A stretch of DNA of 64,000 nucleotides from Macrostomum lignano. Its lineage: Eukaryota. The notes under the pieces were generated by a model. The model saw nothing but the letters and a program-made list of their open reading frames with translations, did no database searches and was not told the DNA's origin. Made by a program: the position numbers and the translations under genes. The stretch covers positions 158,928-222,927 of the forward strand of contig NIVC01001247.1 of the NCBI GenBank assembly GCA_002269645.1, given 5' to 3'. Shown piece by piece: positions 1 to 12,535 of the stretch; the stretch's first letter is position 1, and each line of letters opens with the position of its first letter.

Positions 1-66
1 TCCGGGTATCATTAAGTGGACTCTGTTGTTTTGTCTTCCTTTTACGAATCTGTCCGAATGAGTCTA

Positions 67-3000
67 TCACAGCTCGCTAACGTGCTCGGCCACTCCCAAG
101 TCCCGGCTGCCTCGTTGGCCGTCCAAACTCCTGCCCGGGAACACGGATCGGCGCCGTTTCAACAGATCGTTGAACCGTTTGATGTAGTGCCGTCTCTGCT
201 GCTGCAGTGCCGGGTTTCTGGCTAGCGTGAGGGCCAAGAACCAGCGGTTCCTGGCGCGGATCTTGGCGTTGATGGACCGGCTGACTTCGAATCTGACTGT
301 AAAGGAGGTGACGTCATTAAAACTAGTAATTGAACTCCTCAGCTATTCTGGTGCCCAGATCTGCATTCAAGCAGAGTAACATTGAAGTATGTTGTACTAT
401 AAAGGTTATACGTGCCACAGGGGGACATGGGGACAAGTCCTCACCAGTAAAAGCTATGGGGCGACATACCAATGCATTGTCCCTCCACCCAACCTTGTGA
501 CCCGTTATGGAAATCAATAATTTTGCTTCAGGGTGACAAAATATAGCGCCTCCGGCGCCAAAAAGAGCCCTGGCAGCAACGATTCTGAAAATAATGTACA
601 TGTACATGTAGAATTCTTGGCTTTGTCCCCCACCATAAAATCCATGGTGAAACCCCTGTACGAGCATACGTGTATCGCAACCAAGAGTCAGTTATAGTTT
701 AAGTACACAGAATGAAGTTGCATCTTTATCAGAAATCTGTCAGTCAACTTTTTCACATACTTTGATCGACCATTAGAAGTATTGAGAAAAAAATCGTTTT
801 CGAATAATTAATTGATCCTCTTAGTGTTAAACAGTTTCTTAGCGAAGGCTATCAGAGTTAGCGCTGTTTTACTGACTAACATTGCATCCTACGCTAGAAT
901 TTTAATTATAAGAAAATCCTTAGGAATCATTTTAGGTACCATAATTGTTATATGACAAAGAATTTCTAGGGCTCTCTTGGATTGCTAAAACGAGTTAGAG
1001 TCGTAGTGGGAGCACTGTAGGCATGTGGGGAATCAAATCAAATTTAGGTCCATCAAAACTAGCAGCTTAAATTCAATGTACCCCTATACGAAAATTACCC
1101 AGTTCTCTCTTTTTAAGTTTAATCTTGAATAAAATAGTCTGAAATGAATTGTCAGCTCAACGACAAGGAGTGTCTGCTAATTTATGGCTAGATTGACTTT
1201 CCAGTGTCCTTTTTTGACTGCCGTTTCTATTTTCTATTGAATTGTAACACGAAAGCGGCTATTGGGGCAACCAGCGACAGCAACGAACCATCGCCAGCTG
1301 ATTCAGGCGAAGCAGAGAAACTCGGATCCCGGAGCCACTCTTTGTGGAACTCGTCTGCTTGCTCGGGCTTCAGCGCGAACCCGACTAGGCGGGAATGGCA
1401 CCGACCGCGGCGACGTTCCGCAGTGCTGTCCAACAGCAGTGCCAGAAAAGTTCGCATGACCGGGTTGGTGTGAGAGTTCTCTATGTACAGCAGGCCGACG
1501 TAGGCAAAGTGACCTGCATTGGGAAGAGAAACATCATGTTTGTCTGCCATTCAGCACTAAGCAGAGTCAGGAGTGTTTTAGATTAGATGCGCACTTTAAG
1601 CGACATTGTTGCACAACCGGCGAGAGGCACTGCTGCCCATTCCACTGACTCCCCTGAGCAGGCACACAAGCGCGCGGTTACCTACGCAGTCATGCGCAGA
1701 GGCACACTCACACAGGAGTGCACAGCGGCCCTAACTTTATTTATCGTTAGGCATGAACACTTCACTGTGCCTTAATTTTTGGCCCTCAAGGCCGTTAATT
1801 GCACGAGCAGAGCCAAGCTGAGATTCCAATTTAGCCTCAAACTAATGTGACTGGACTTGGAATCGAGCCTGGGCCCAGAGGCCATCATAGCAAGTTAACT
1901 CAAAATAAAAACATACCGAACTTCATTTTCATGATAAAAATGGTTCACCTTCATCCAAAAATTCGAATCGTTTAGGAAAGAAACACCAGTCCAGACGGCT
2001 GAGGAAGCACACGGCTAGCACGGCAGCCGCAACGAGTTGGAAGACGGCTGCCACGATACCCCAGAACACGTTGAAGTAGAACATAAAGTAGGCCCAGTTG
2101 AAGTAGACGTGTCTAGAAAGCAATCAATCAGGTTTATACGTTGTACTCGTAGATCCATTTATAACCGTCGGCACTACTGAACATCTGGAGGCTATTCTAC
2201 ACGTCACCTCCACTGGCTGTGCTCGATAGGAAAAGGTTCTGTTAGAATAGGAAAAGGTTCTTTTACCATAGACTGCAAACATGCTGTGCACACTAATTGG
2301 AGGCATTATTACAGCAATTTAATCCTTGTATTAGAGCCATTTTGGGCTATAGACAGTGGGCAGCAAGTCTTCAATAGGTCGATTATCCCAAAAATGATTA
2401 AATTGCTAGCTTTATAGGCTCAATTAAGCTTGGAAAATGCTATATTAACGGCTGAAGATTTCTAGAATCAACCTGTAGTCACGGACAGCTTCTGTTGACC
2501 ATCCGGTAGCATGAGGATAGCCAATAGTGCTTGTTCGACTACTGTTAGTAATATACGTGAACTATTTTTGTTAGTAATATACGTGGTCTATGGTTTCTGG
2601 TACACGTGTGTGGTGTACACTCAGCAATATGGAAAAGTTTCCGTTGCGCAACAAGTGTTCAACTTTTTTGATGTTGTTAACACTTGCAATACGTAACAAT
2701 TACTCGTAGTTAATAAGCGAAAGCAATAAAAGTGCTTATCTGCACTCACCTATTGTTAATAGCAATCTTGCCCATGGTTGAGTACTTCGAGTTGAATGCC
2801 AGTTTAACCAGAATGAATTGCGCAAGCAATAAAGTTCCACTGACGACACCTAGAGGCCTGTTTAGAATAAATAGTTTGTCTGTTTGGCATGCTATTCATT
2901 TCAGATACATCACAGGTGTCAGCTTATTAGCTTACAAAAATAAGATAAAGTCCTAACAACTTACCAAGTGTACTCAATGAACTCCACAAACCACTGCCTT

Positions 3001-6000
3001 AGTCTCCGATTCACCGGGTCAAACAGGCCAATAGACAGGCATATTAGTAGGCCGAAAAATGCCACAATTTGCAGTGCAATCGCTGAAGAAAGAATTAATT
3101 TCAGACAAATATTACATACTTGACTACTAAAAGTAGTAGAAAGCGAGTTAAAAATGTTTATTGGCCCTAAAATATTTTTGGGCGTCCCTAAGCACGCCAA
3201 TGTCAGCAAAGTTGATGGTTGGGCCAAAAAAATTGCGAACTTCCATTTGGTAACTGTTGATACGGTCTTGCCCATAGACATACAGACATAGACGGAAAAG
3301 GCAACCAAGTTGAAAATTTGGCCATAGACATCAGCAACTTTTCTAATATAGACTCTCTCTCTCTCGCTCAGTTTTCAAAACCGTTTTGAATAGTTGAGCT
3401 CATCGAAATTACAAGTATGCTTAAATATTGACTTCCATGCAACAAGCAAAATCAGACTTACAAATAGCCGTGAAAGTGATCTGATAGCCACCGTACCGCA
3501 TATTGTTTACCTGAAGCAAAAACGAAGTATTATCTTAACAAAACAACTCAAATTTCAAAAAATCAGTCAAGCCGTTTCTAGTTTAACAAAGATATTCTGA
3601 ATACCGGATAACCCATAATAACTTCTGTAGTGGAAATTGTGTGTTTTATTTATAAAGAAACGCGGACTCTATTACACTTTACAGTAGATCGCCATAACTC
3701 GAATTTCTTTGAAATGAACTGGAGACTTGGTAAGGAACGTATCTTTGTTGATACATTCGATACGTCTAAACGCATTTAGTATGCTATTGAGAATGGATTA
3801 ATCAATTCATAGATTTGATGTCGTATTGAATATTGATGCAAAGTTGAAAGTCAGAACACTTCCGTGAGATTCTAAAGTCTAAAGATGTGCATCGCCCGAA
3901 AGGCTTAACTCTCCTCTATCTTTAGCTCAGAAAGTCTGCGGAAGGGAATCAAATCAACAGATTTTCCACCGGATTTTCCAGTAAATCAATGCATTTGCTA
4001 GTCTGTTTCATAAAAATGTCTGAAAATAAGCAAAAACAGGGTTGGGTTTTAGTACGGAAAGGGAATTATCTTCTTAAAATTTACTCTGTAGCTGATTCTT
4101 AAACCTTCGCTTCAATTTTATATAGACACGTCTTAAGTCGTCTTAAGTCTTAAGACACGTTCCAGACTAAGACTAAGACTAGAGCCACGGAAGGTAGTTT
4201 GCTACCCCGTCCCGTCAAGTAGATAGAAGGAAAATAAGCAAAAGAAGAAGCCTACTTACGATTAAAAAGGTAGGAGTTGTAGTTAGTTCTTTTCTTGTTG
4301 GCAAAAATTGATAGTTTCCTTGATAAATTTGTAGCATGTTGGTCCTGCAAATGAGTAGTAGTTTTAGTCTGACGAAAGTTTCCAAACTGCCAAAGATTTA
4401 ATTAACAATAAGAACACTTCCGGTATCTAGTAAGCCCGTGATTTATTGTCAGACTGGAGCAGTCTCAGTCTATCTAGCTATTCCAGCCCGGAATTCGACA
4501 ATCTTTCACAGCTCATAATTATATTATCTTTGAAGCGGAGCATCTGAGAGATTTTCAATTTCCTGACAGAATTCTATCTAACCTCGTGATGTCCACCTGA
4601 TAAATACAGGTTAGTGTGGACTAAGTCTCACCGGTAGTTGATTACCATCAATAGGATGTTGATAGCGTGAAGCAGCATAGTTAATGTCATGGCAACTATG
4701 AAGCACACTGGAAGGTAAGGTAGCACAGTGTATATGGGTTAAAGTTGCAAATTAAAGGTCTTCTGAGCTTCATTAGTCGCCTAAAAGTCAGCATTTGTTA
4801 CTCCAGAAATGAGCTTAGCACCAACTTCACTGACACAACATGAGCTAGGCACCAACTTCACTGACACAACATGAGCTAGGCACCAACTTCACTGACACAA
4901 CATGAGCTAGGCACCAACCTGCACTAACACAACATGAGCTAGGAATCAACTTGCACTGACATAACATGAGCTGGGCACCAACCTGCACTGACACAACATG
5001 AGCTGGGCACCAACCTGCACTAACACAACATGAGCTAGGCACCAACTTCACTGACACAACATGAGCTAGGCACCAACTTCACTGACACAACATGAGCTAG
5101 GCACCAACCTGCACTAACACAACATGAGCTAGGCACCAACTTCACTGACACAACATGAGCTAGGAATCAACTTGCACTGACACAACATGAGCTAGGAATC
5201 AACTTGCACTGACACAACATGAGCTAGGCACCAACTTCACTGACACAACATGAGCTAGGAATCAACTTGCACTGACACAACATGAGCTAGGAATCAACTT
5301 GCACTGACACAACATGAGCTAGGCACCAACCTGCACTGACACAACATGAGCTGGGAATAAACTTGCACTGACACAACATGAGCTAGGAATCAACTTGCAC
5401 TGACACAACATGAGCTAGGCACCAACCTGCACTGACACAACATGAGCTGGGAATCAACTTGCACTGACACAACATGAGCTAGGCACCAACCTGCACTGAC
5501 ACAACATGAGCTGGGCACCAACTTCACCATACCAACTTCAAAGCCTCACCATAGACGGTGTGAATGTAAATTCGCAGAATGTTTAACTGTTCGATAACAG
5601 ATTGTCCTGTGTCGCCTCCAATTTTGTTTGCTAAATTTTCGATACGAACAAGCAGAAGGTTGAGCACTCGGTGCCAATAGTGCACCTCGTTAACAATGTT
5701 GTACGTCACCATGTAGATGACAATGGCTACAGCGGTGTAGGTGCAGATGATTCGAGGAGAATAGCGAAATCCGTTCCTACGAGTGTACCGAAGACGCTTG
5801 AACTGGGCGCGGATCCGTTGCAGCAGCGGCCTCTGAGCTGCGGCCTCAGGACTTGAAAGTGTTGTCATTGGATTTCAGTTTTTTTCATTTAGAGAAAGCA
5901 ATTAAACAATAGTGCACATAGGAATCTGTGTTGCGGTAGTCTTTACCCTTATCTCTTTGGTGGGCGCCCCTGTCTCTTAGGTGGGCGCCCCTGTCTCTTA

Positions 6001-7900
6001 GGTGGGCGCCCCTATCTCTTGGTGGGCGCCCCTGTCTCTTGGTGGGCGCCCCTATCTCTTGGTGGGCGCCCCTATCTCTTGGTGGGCGCCCCTGTCTCTT
6101 GGTGGGCGCCCCTGTTTCTTAGGTGGCCCCCCCTGTCTCTTGGTGGGCGCCCCTGTCTCTTGGTGGGCGCCCCTGTTTCTTAGGTGGCCCCCCTGTCTCT
6201 TGGTGGGCGCCCCTGTCTCTTAGGTGGGCGTCCCTGTCTCTTGGTGGGCGCCTCTGTCTCTTGGTGGGCGCCCCTGTCTCTTGGTGGGCGCCCCTGTCTC
6301 TTTGTGGATGCCCCTGTCTCTTTCTGGGCGCCCCTGTCTCCTAATTGACTGCCCTGGATTGCTAGTATTGATTTTATGTTCCATAGTTTTGGATTTTATA
6401 TTTCATGTAAAGCATCTATAAATTTAAAGTGATTAGGATTATTTGAACGTCAATGCTGTCAAATTTTCAAATTTCAATAATATGCAAACATGGCGTTGAC
6501 TGCTGCAAATTCTGTTGGTCAGAGAGTCTCAGCAGTGTAAAAGGCTGGGTAGAGATTTTGGTAATTTTGCATTTCTCGACTGACCCCAGCTTTTGACTCA
6601 GGATGCAGAGTGCCTTCCGTTAAGCCGTGCGACTGTATTGTAATTAAACGTGATTTATTAACTCACGTAGAATTGGGCGGCTTTGCTTTGATCAGCTCCC
6701 GGACGTACTCGTACTGGTAGACGTACTCGCTGTTGCTAATATTTGCTCGCTTAGAGAATGTTGTCTCAATTAGTTTGTACGGGAGGATTATGCTCAGTCC
6801 TAGGGTGCACAGAACGCTCGGCAGGTACTTCAGAGCGAATGTTAGCTGGGTCTCCTGCATAACGCGTTTTAAATATGAACACAAAAACACACAATAAATC
6901 AATGCCTTTCAAGTTCTACCAGCTATTTTGTCAAAATTGCGGCAAAGTAACTCATCCGAAACCTAATTTCACGCACCGTAGCAACCTCCGAGCAGTCTAC
7001 CATGGCTAGCCGAGCTATGGACAGCGCAGTGAACGTCCAAACGTAAAGGGTGCCCATCGCGAAGAACAGGCGACTTCTCTTCGAGATGGCTAAGAATATG
7101 GGGTACATCACTGTGCAGTAGAGGCACACCTCGCAGAACCTGTAGAGAACTGAAAATTGCAATGGAATTTTAGGGGTTTTCTTGGAAGTTGTTGTTGAAG
7201 TTGTCAAAGTTGTCGAACGATTCCCATTGCCCAGAATTTGCAGAGCGTACACAACCTCACGATGGGAGATACTCGGGGGCTGCTGCATACTCTGAGCGAG
7301 CCCTCACTACCCTACTCTAGCCAACTAATTATAATAGCGAATACGTCTATAGTGTTTATGAGAGCCTTGAGGGAATGCTTTACATCTCTGCTTTTTAGAG
7401 GTTCGTGACAGCTTCTTGAAAAAATATCATGAATACTAAAAAAGCTGTTTCTTATACGACGCGACATTATTAATAGATATGCTAATGGAATACCTCATTT
7501 GAATATTTGTGAAAAACACAAACCTATTTCTTATAATGCGTATCTCAAATTCTGTTTGCAGGTGCAGCCACCCTTAAAAGCCGGCAGTTTTCATTTAATG
7601 ACGGCAGCGGCAAATAAAGTACAGTTGAGTTATTAAAAATCTGTCAACACGGTTATTTACCGTGCAGAAATTTAAACCGCCCAATCGGTCGGCTGGTGAT
7701 GTGCAGCTTAAACAGGTCGCTGTCGCCAAACAGCAGGTCGTAGCAGAGCTGGGCAGAGATGCCGAATGCTAAGGCGTAGGATAGGCGCACACTGCGTTCC
7801 TCGAGGATGTTCATCGGGCTTGAATTGTGAGTAGTTTACAGTGTGAGTACTGACCATTTTGTAACTTAGCAGCTTTGTTACTGTCTGTATATTTATCTAT

Positions 7901-7973
<73 letters not shown>

Positions 7974-10900
7974 CCTGCATTATAAAAGACACAGAAATAA
8001 CTACTCCTATGCTTAAATAGATTGCGGTATTAGCGGTATTACTTTGGCAAGCAGGCTCTGCTTTCACCTCTCTCTCGTCAGCAACTACTCACTACGTTAA
8101 TCCCGGCCGTTTGTTGAGAAAATTTGGCAGCAGTTCCGCTCGCTTGACTGTGAAGCAAGCAATCAGGATCATGAGTATCTGAAAATAACAAAGCACCAGA
8201 CAAAGGCATAATTGGTCGTTGCATTGTTTTCTTTTATTTGTTTTGTAGGATCGTGTTTGTTATACTGATGTCTGATATGCTACTGATAGACCCAGTGCCT
8301 CAAGGCCTGTCTAGCCAATGCTAGCGAATTCTAGCAGTTAGTTGCATTCAACCTTGAAGCGAACAGGCAAGCCTGATGCAGAGAAAGCTGTGACTATTTT
8401 ATCCTTGAGCATGATTTTAATAGACAAAGCTGTTGGAGAAAACAGATGTTCCTGCTTCTACTCCTACGTCTACTCCTTGTTCCTATATGGTACTGCTTCA
8501 GTTCTCCATCAGTCTAGCTGTCTGGCTCAGAATGTCTGTACAAGTATTCCTAAATTTTCAGCGCTGCCAAAGACTTGGCCATAGACTATATAACAAGTGG
8601 ACAGCACTAAAGGCCAAGACAAGCTGCTTTTAAGGCTCTGCTCCCTGGCCAGCGACTATCAGGTAGCGAGTATGTTGACCTAAAAGACCTGATTACAGCT
8701 GGTTTACAGCAGATTACAGCAGATTCAAATGGTGCTGATTTTGAATGGAAATATCTACTTCATCATTCTCTCCTTTTTCCTCTCTCCTCTGTCCTCTTTT
8801 CTCTCTCCTCTCTCCTCTCTCCTCTCTCCCCTCTCCCCTTTCCTCTTTCCTCTCTCCTCTCTACTCTCTCCCCTTTCCTCTCTCCTCTCTACTCTCTCCT
8901 CTCTCCTCTCTCCCCTTTCCTCTTTCCTCTCTCCTCTCTACTCTCTCCCCTTTCCTCTCTCCTCTCTACTCTCTCCTCTCTCCTCTCTCCTCTCTCCTCT
9001 CTACTCTCTCCTCTCCCCTCTCTCCTCTTTCCTCTCTCCTCTCCCCTCTCTCCTCTCTCCCCTTTCCTCTCTCCTCTCTCCTCTCTCCTCTCTCCCCTCT
9101 CCCCTCTCCCCTTTCCACTCTCCTTTCTCCTCTCTCCCCTCTCCTCTTTCCTCTCTCCTCTCTCCTCTCTACTCTCTACTCTCTCCCCTTTCCTCTCTCC
9201 TCTCTCCTCTCTCCTCTCTCCTCTCTCCTCTCTCCTCTCTCCTCTCTCTCCTCTCTCCTCTCTCTCCTCTCTTTCCTCTCTCCCCTCCCCTCTCCTCTCT
9301 TTTAGTCTCTTCTCTTCGTCTCTCAAGCAACCCCTTGACTTGAATCTAAAAATTTATGGAAATCTATTTGCCTGAAAATAAAGTGCTTAGATAAGAGTTT
9401 CCAATCCAGATTCTTGTTGAAGAGGTCTCCCTGAATTGATTAGGAGAAATTAATGTTTTCCCTTCTGAGATTTTCCTTTGTTTTAAACTAATGAGACTGA
9501 GGGTAGGAGCGGGTGGGGACATCTGCGTGGATAAAGATATCTTTGCTAACACATTTTACTATTCAATTTTCATCTTTTCTCTCTTCATTTCCTGAATTCC
9601 CCAGGATGTCAGTCAGTAGGGATGCTTATTGTGCAGCGCAGTCAGCTCACAGCGGGAATCAGTGCGTATTCGTAGACAACAGTCATGTTGAGGTTGCTGG
9701 AGCACTCGTCTGCCGTTGTGTTGTACAAGTTAGCCCGCTGCAGTTGGATCTGTTCTCTAATCAGCTCTAGCAGGTCTGCGATGCTCAGAACAGGTAGCGG
9801 AGACCCGGACAGCCGATTGAAGAGGGCCTGGTAAACAGAAAGGTAGGTAGGTAGGTAGGTAGGTAGGTAGGTAGGTAGGTAGGTAGGTGGATAGATAGGT
9901 AGGTAGGTAGGTAAGTAAGTAGGTAAGTAGGTAGGTAGGTAGGTAAGTAGGTAAGTAGGTAGGTAGATAGGTATGTAAATAGGTAGGTAGGTAGATAGGT
10001 ATGTAAATAGGTAGGTAGGCTGGTGGGTATGGCGATAAGCGCATTTAGTTACATACGAGTACATAGACAAGTAAGAATTTTAGTGGACAGGTTGGTTTCG
10101 TAGTTTGGTAGCTAGGAAAGTAGTTTGGTAGGGTAGTTGGCAGGTAATTAGATATGTAGGCACATATCGATATGTCTAGATATCCATATAGATATGTAAT
10201 ACTTATGATTTGTTGTGTTATTAGCAGCAGGTTGGCAGGCAGATCATTAAAATGCTTCAACTAATCATTGTAATAATTTTATTTCGACTGCCAGTGTTGT
10301 GGCCTGTGCCACAATGACCTTCTCATCAACTTGTTTTTTTTTGGTGCATGCGAACCGCCCGGTCTGCCGGCCTAGCTGGTTTGAGTTGGTTCAGCCGGCT
10401 TTGGTTTTAGGCAGCCGGCGTGTGCTCTGATTGGCTGGCTGGGCCGGCAGACCCTCGCTTTTCTACCCCCCCCCCCTCGTTCGTAAAGCCTTACCCAGCG
10501 CGTATTTTGATTGGCTGGGCTAGGGTGGGGTGCTCGCGGGGTTCTGTTGTGTGAGTATTTGCGCTCAGGCCGGTTTGGCCCACTCCCCCATTTTTTGGCA
10601 TACTATTTATTAGCTGGCTTGGAGCCGGCCGGTGGCACGCTGCTTGGTTTGCGCTTAGAGCTACACCAGCAACTGAGTGAGAAAACTATCATAAGAGTAC
10701 AAAACTGCACGAGCCCAGTAAACTATCGGAACACTTCGTAGCAAGCTAATCCGTGCCACCCGCCGTCTCCGAGCTGCCAGGACAGTTACTACGGCCAAAT
10801 AAACTGCGTTGCATGAGTCGGTTTGACCCCGCCCGGTGAGCTTGAATTACGTTTATTCGGGTTGCGTTCGCGTTTTTTTGGGGCTCTCTGCACGTGTCTT

Positions 10901-11625
10901 CCCTCCATCCTCGCCGCCTCATCGCTTCACCTACTCACCCCCTTGCTCACCTGCACTCTTCGATTGGCTTGGAGTGTCTGTACGCCCCAGCTAATCCATC
11001 ACCTCGTAACTCTTCGATTGGTCCGGAGTGTCTGTACGCCCCGGCCAATCCTTCACATTCACCTCGTTTCACATTCACCTCGGTGACTCCCGGGCCGGCT
11101 CTGAGTGGCTATCCGCTCCGCTGACCGCGGCAGTACCCCGAGCCTTCCGTGACCGAGGAGTGCCTGTGCGCCCCGGGTCGCATCTCTCCCTCTTCCCCTC
11201 GGAGTGGCCATCCGCCTCGAGGAGCGCCAGTCGTTCGCCTTCTGTCCATCCCTCCGCCGCGCGCCCGGGGCAGTCCCGCACCGAACCCGCTACCCGGGGA
11301 AAACAAAACGACCGGGCTAGACGAGATCGCAGCCCGCGAGTACAACACCAGCATAACACTTTTATTCTGCACGAAAATCTAAGGAATCAAATACATATCT
11401 GCTTCATGTTGCAGCAAAGCGAGAAACCGAAGACATTTAACATCTGTCAGACTCTGTCAGTGCAGTGACTACCAGCTAGCTAAAAGCCAGATCAGTCCAG
11501 CTTGAACTCCTCATGGCCCAAACCATCACCTCACCAATTCAGAAGTACAAAGTAAATGTTATTGTCTCAAATTAAGGAATGAAGAATCAAGTGGATCTTA
11601 CCGCATCCGAGTCGTCCAAGTCCAT
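67..11625 (-). CDS. STRA6L: STRA6-like (STRA6/RBPR2 family) multi-pass membrane receptor, 15 coding exons, about 720 aa
   Basis: Hand-spliced exons (minus): 11602-11625 (tentative first exon MDLDDSDA|GTAAG), 9651-9827, 8093-8178, 7661-7818, 6977-7149, 6667-6854, 5550-5851, 4632-4707, 4260-4344, 3462-3510, 2965-3082, 2750-2857, 1949-2112, 1289-1513 (weak donor GTTCGT), 67-296. All are GT-AG with consistent phases, totalling 2163 nt. Family-like motifs: RPGLTYPMNIL, YPIFLAIS, GFRYSPRII, YRTNMLQIYQG, FLSRLDWCFFPKRFEFLDEG, IENSHTNPVMRTFLALLL, RARNRWFLALTLARNPAL (calmodulin-binding helix of STRA6). Confidence 0.88.
4809..5525. repeat. 31-bp minisatellite (CTAGGCACCAACTTCACTGACACAACATGAG), about 23 copies, STRA6L intron
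   Basis: Unit period of 31 read directly (4841 vs 4872). The array starts about 25 nt from the splice donor at 5550. Confidence 0.95.
5951..6338. repeat. 20-21-bp minisatellite (TCTCTTGGTGGGCGCCCCTG), about 19 copies, STRA6L intron
   Basis: Tandem units visible directly. They generate the spurious ORFs at 6002-6421. Confidence 0.95.
7884..7972. repeat. (ATCT)n / GATA microsatellite
   Basis: Near-perfect tetranucleotide run in a STRA6L intron. Confidence 0.97.
8766..9320. repeat. Polypyrimidine (CTCTCCT)n-type low-complexity array
   Basis: Almost purely C/T on the plus strand. Source of the spurious SLLSP and ERGE ORFs. Confidence 0.95.
9842..10030. repeat. (GGTA)n microsatellite
   Basis: Tetranucleotide run directly next to the STRA6L acceptor at 9827. 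Confidence 0.95.
10295..11347. mobile_element. Solo LTR (1053 bp) of an LTR retrotransposon
   Basis: Begins TGTTGT and ends ACAACA (perfect 6-bp inverted termini), flanked on both sides by CCAG (10291-10294 and 11348-11351; 4-bp TSD). GC-rich interior with several CCAAT/ATTGG boxes and AATAAA at about 10798 (+) and about 10853 (-). Orientation is unresolved. Confidence 0.75.
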
Positions 11626-12000
11626 CACTTTAAGAAGCAGTCTGCAGTTTAAATATGAAACACTTTTTAGTTGCGTAGAGATTTGGAATATTATAAACTG
11701 TTATTAGAAAGAGGAGCTTTAAAAAAGAAGCCTCCGAGCCCAAAGTCTACATATAGATATCACACCATTTCAGTTATAGATAAGAAATTGCACAAGCCCA
11801 CTGGTTTGGAAATGTGCAGGCCTCTGAACTATAAGAATTTTTCACTTTCGCAAATTTCTACTCGTATAATCAGAGGTTGGTGTACTTGCACTGAAATGTA
11901 CATTTCAGGTTTTTAAAAAAGTAAAATAATGAAAGTACAATGATTTGATTCTGTCAATCCTGACAGAAATTTTGAAAATCAAAGTGTCTGTTTTAAACAG

Positions 12001-12006
12001 TTTATT
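12001..12006 (-). other. Polyadenylation signal AATAAA of the prohormone-like gene
   Basis: TTTATT on the plus strand, about 110 nt downstream of the stop at 12116. Confidence 0.55.
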
Positions 12007-12115
12007 TCATTGAGTTTTATTATTTTCCAAGAAGCTTTGATTAGATCACAACAAATCTTAGTTAGCAATGGGTTCGTTTTCGGCAAGAGCACTTTAAAGC
12101 CCTTTTCAAAAGAGT

Positions 12116-12361
12116 TTAGGTCAGCTTCTCGATGATGAGCTCTGGGCCTCGTTTGCGCACAGTCTGCAGTCGGCTAATTCGCTCCAGTAGGCCTCGCAGG
12201 GCCATCAGGTCGACTTGATCGTCGCCGCGGGATGCGCCGTCAAAGTTGCCAAACTGGCCGAAGTCAGCTGACGCCGGAGCAGCTGATCCGACGCTGCACA
12301 GGGTTGACATGGCAGCGGCCACAACTACTAGAGCTAGTAAGATTGATGCACCGCGAAACAT
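12116..12361 (-). CDS. Small secreted prohormone/neuropeptide precursor-like protein (81 aa)
   Basis: ATG start, hydrophobic signal peptide (MFRGASILLALVVVAAAMSTLCSVGSA-A), acidic spacer, dibasic RKR site, then C-terminal peptide GPELIIEKLT-stop. Flanked by TATA/CCAAT upstream and AATAAA downstream. Confidence 0.7.
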   Translation of the reverse strand: MFRGASILLALVVVAAAMSTLCSVGSAAPASADFGQFGNFDGASRGDDQVDLMALRGLLERISRLQTVRKRGPELIIEKLT

Positions 12362-12484
12362 CGTAGCGCTAAGCAGATTTCTGTATCTTGGTTCGGTAGC
12401 TACCTCGATGTAGATGTATCTCGTTTGTAGATGCAGCGAGGTTATAGCAGAGAGCGCGTCAGTGTGCAGACAGTGAGCAGCGAA

Positions 12485-12535
12485 TTTATAGCGAATTGGT
12501 CAACCCGCACACAGATATGACAGCCGCGAACCAAT
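12485..12535 (-). promoter_or_regulatory. TATA box plus CCAAT boxes upstream of the prohormone-like gene
   Basis: TATAAA on minus at 12485-12490; CCAAT motifs at 12495-12499 and 12531-12535; about 125 nt upstream of the ATG. Confidence 0.55.

Noticed and set aside
410-660. hAT-type MITE suggested by GGGGAC/GTCCCC motifs and a GAAACCCCTG end
   Set aside because: I could not find a matching opposite terminus or a TSD.
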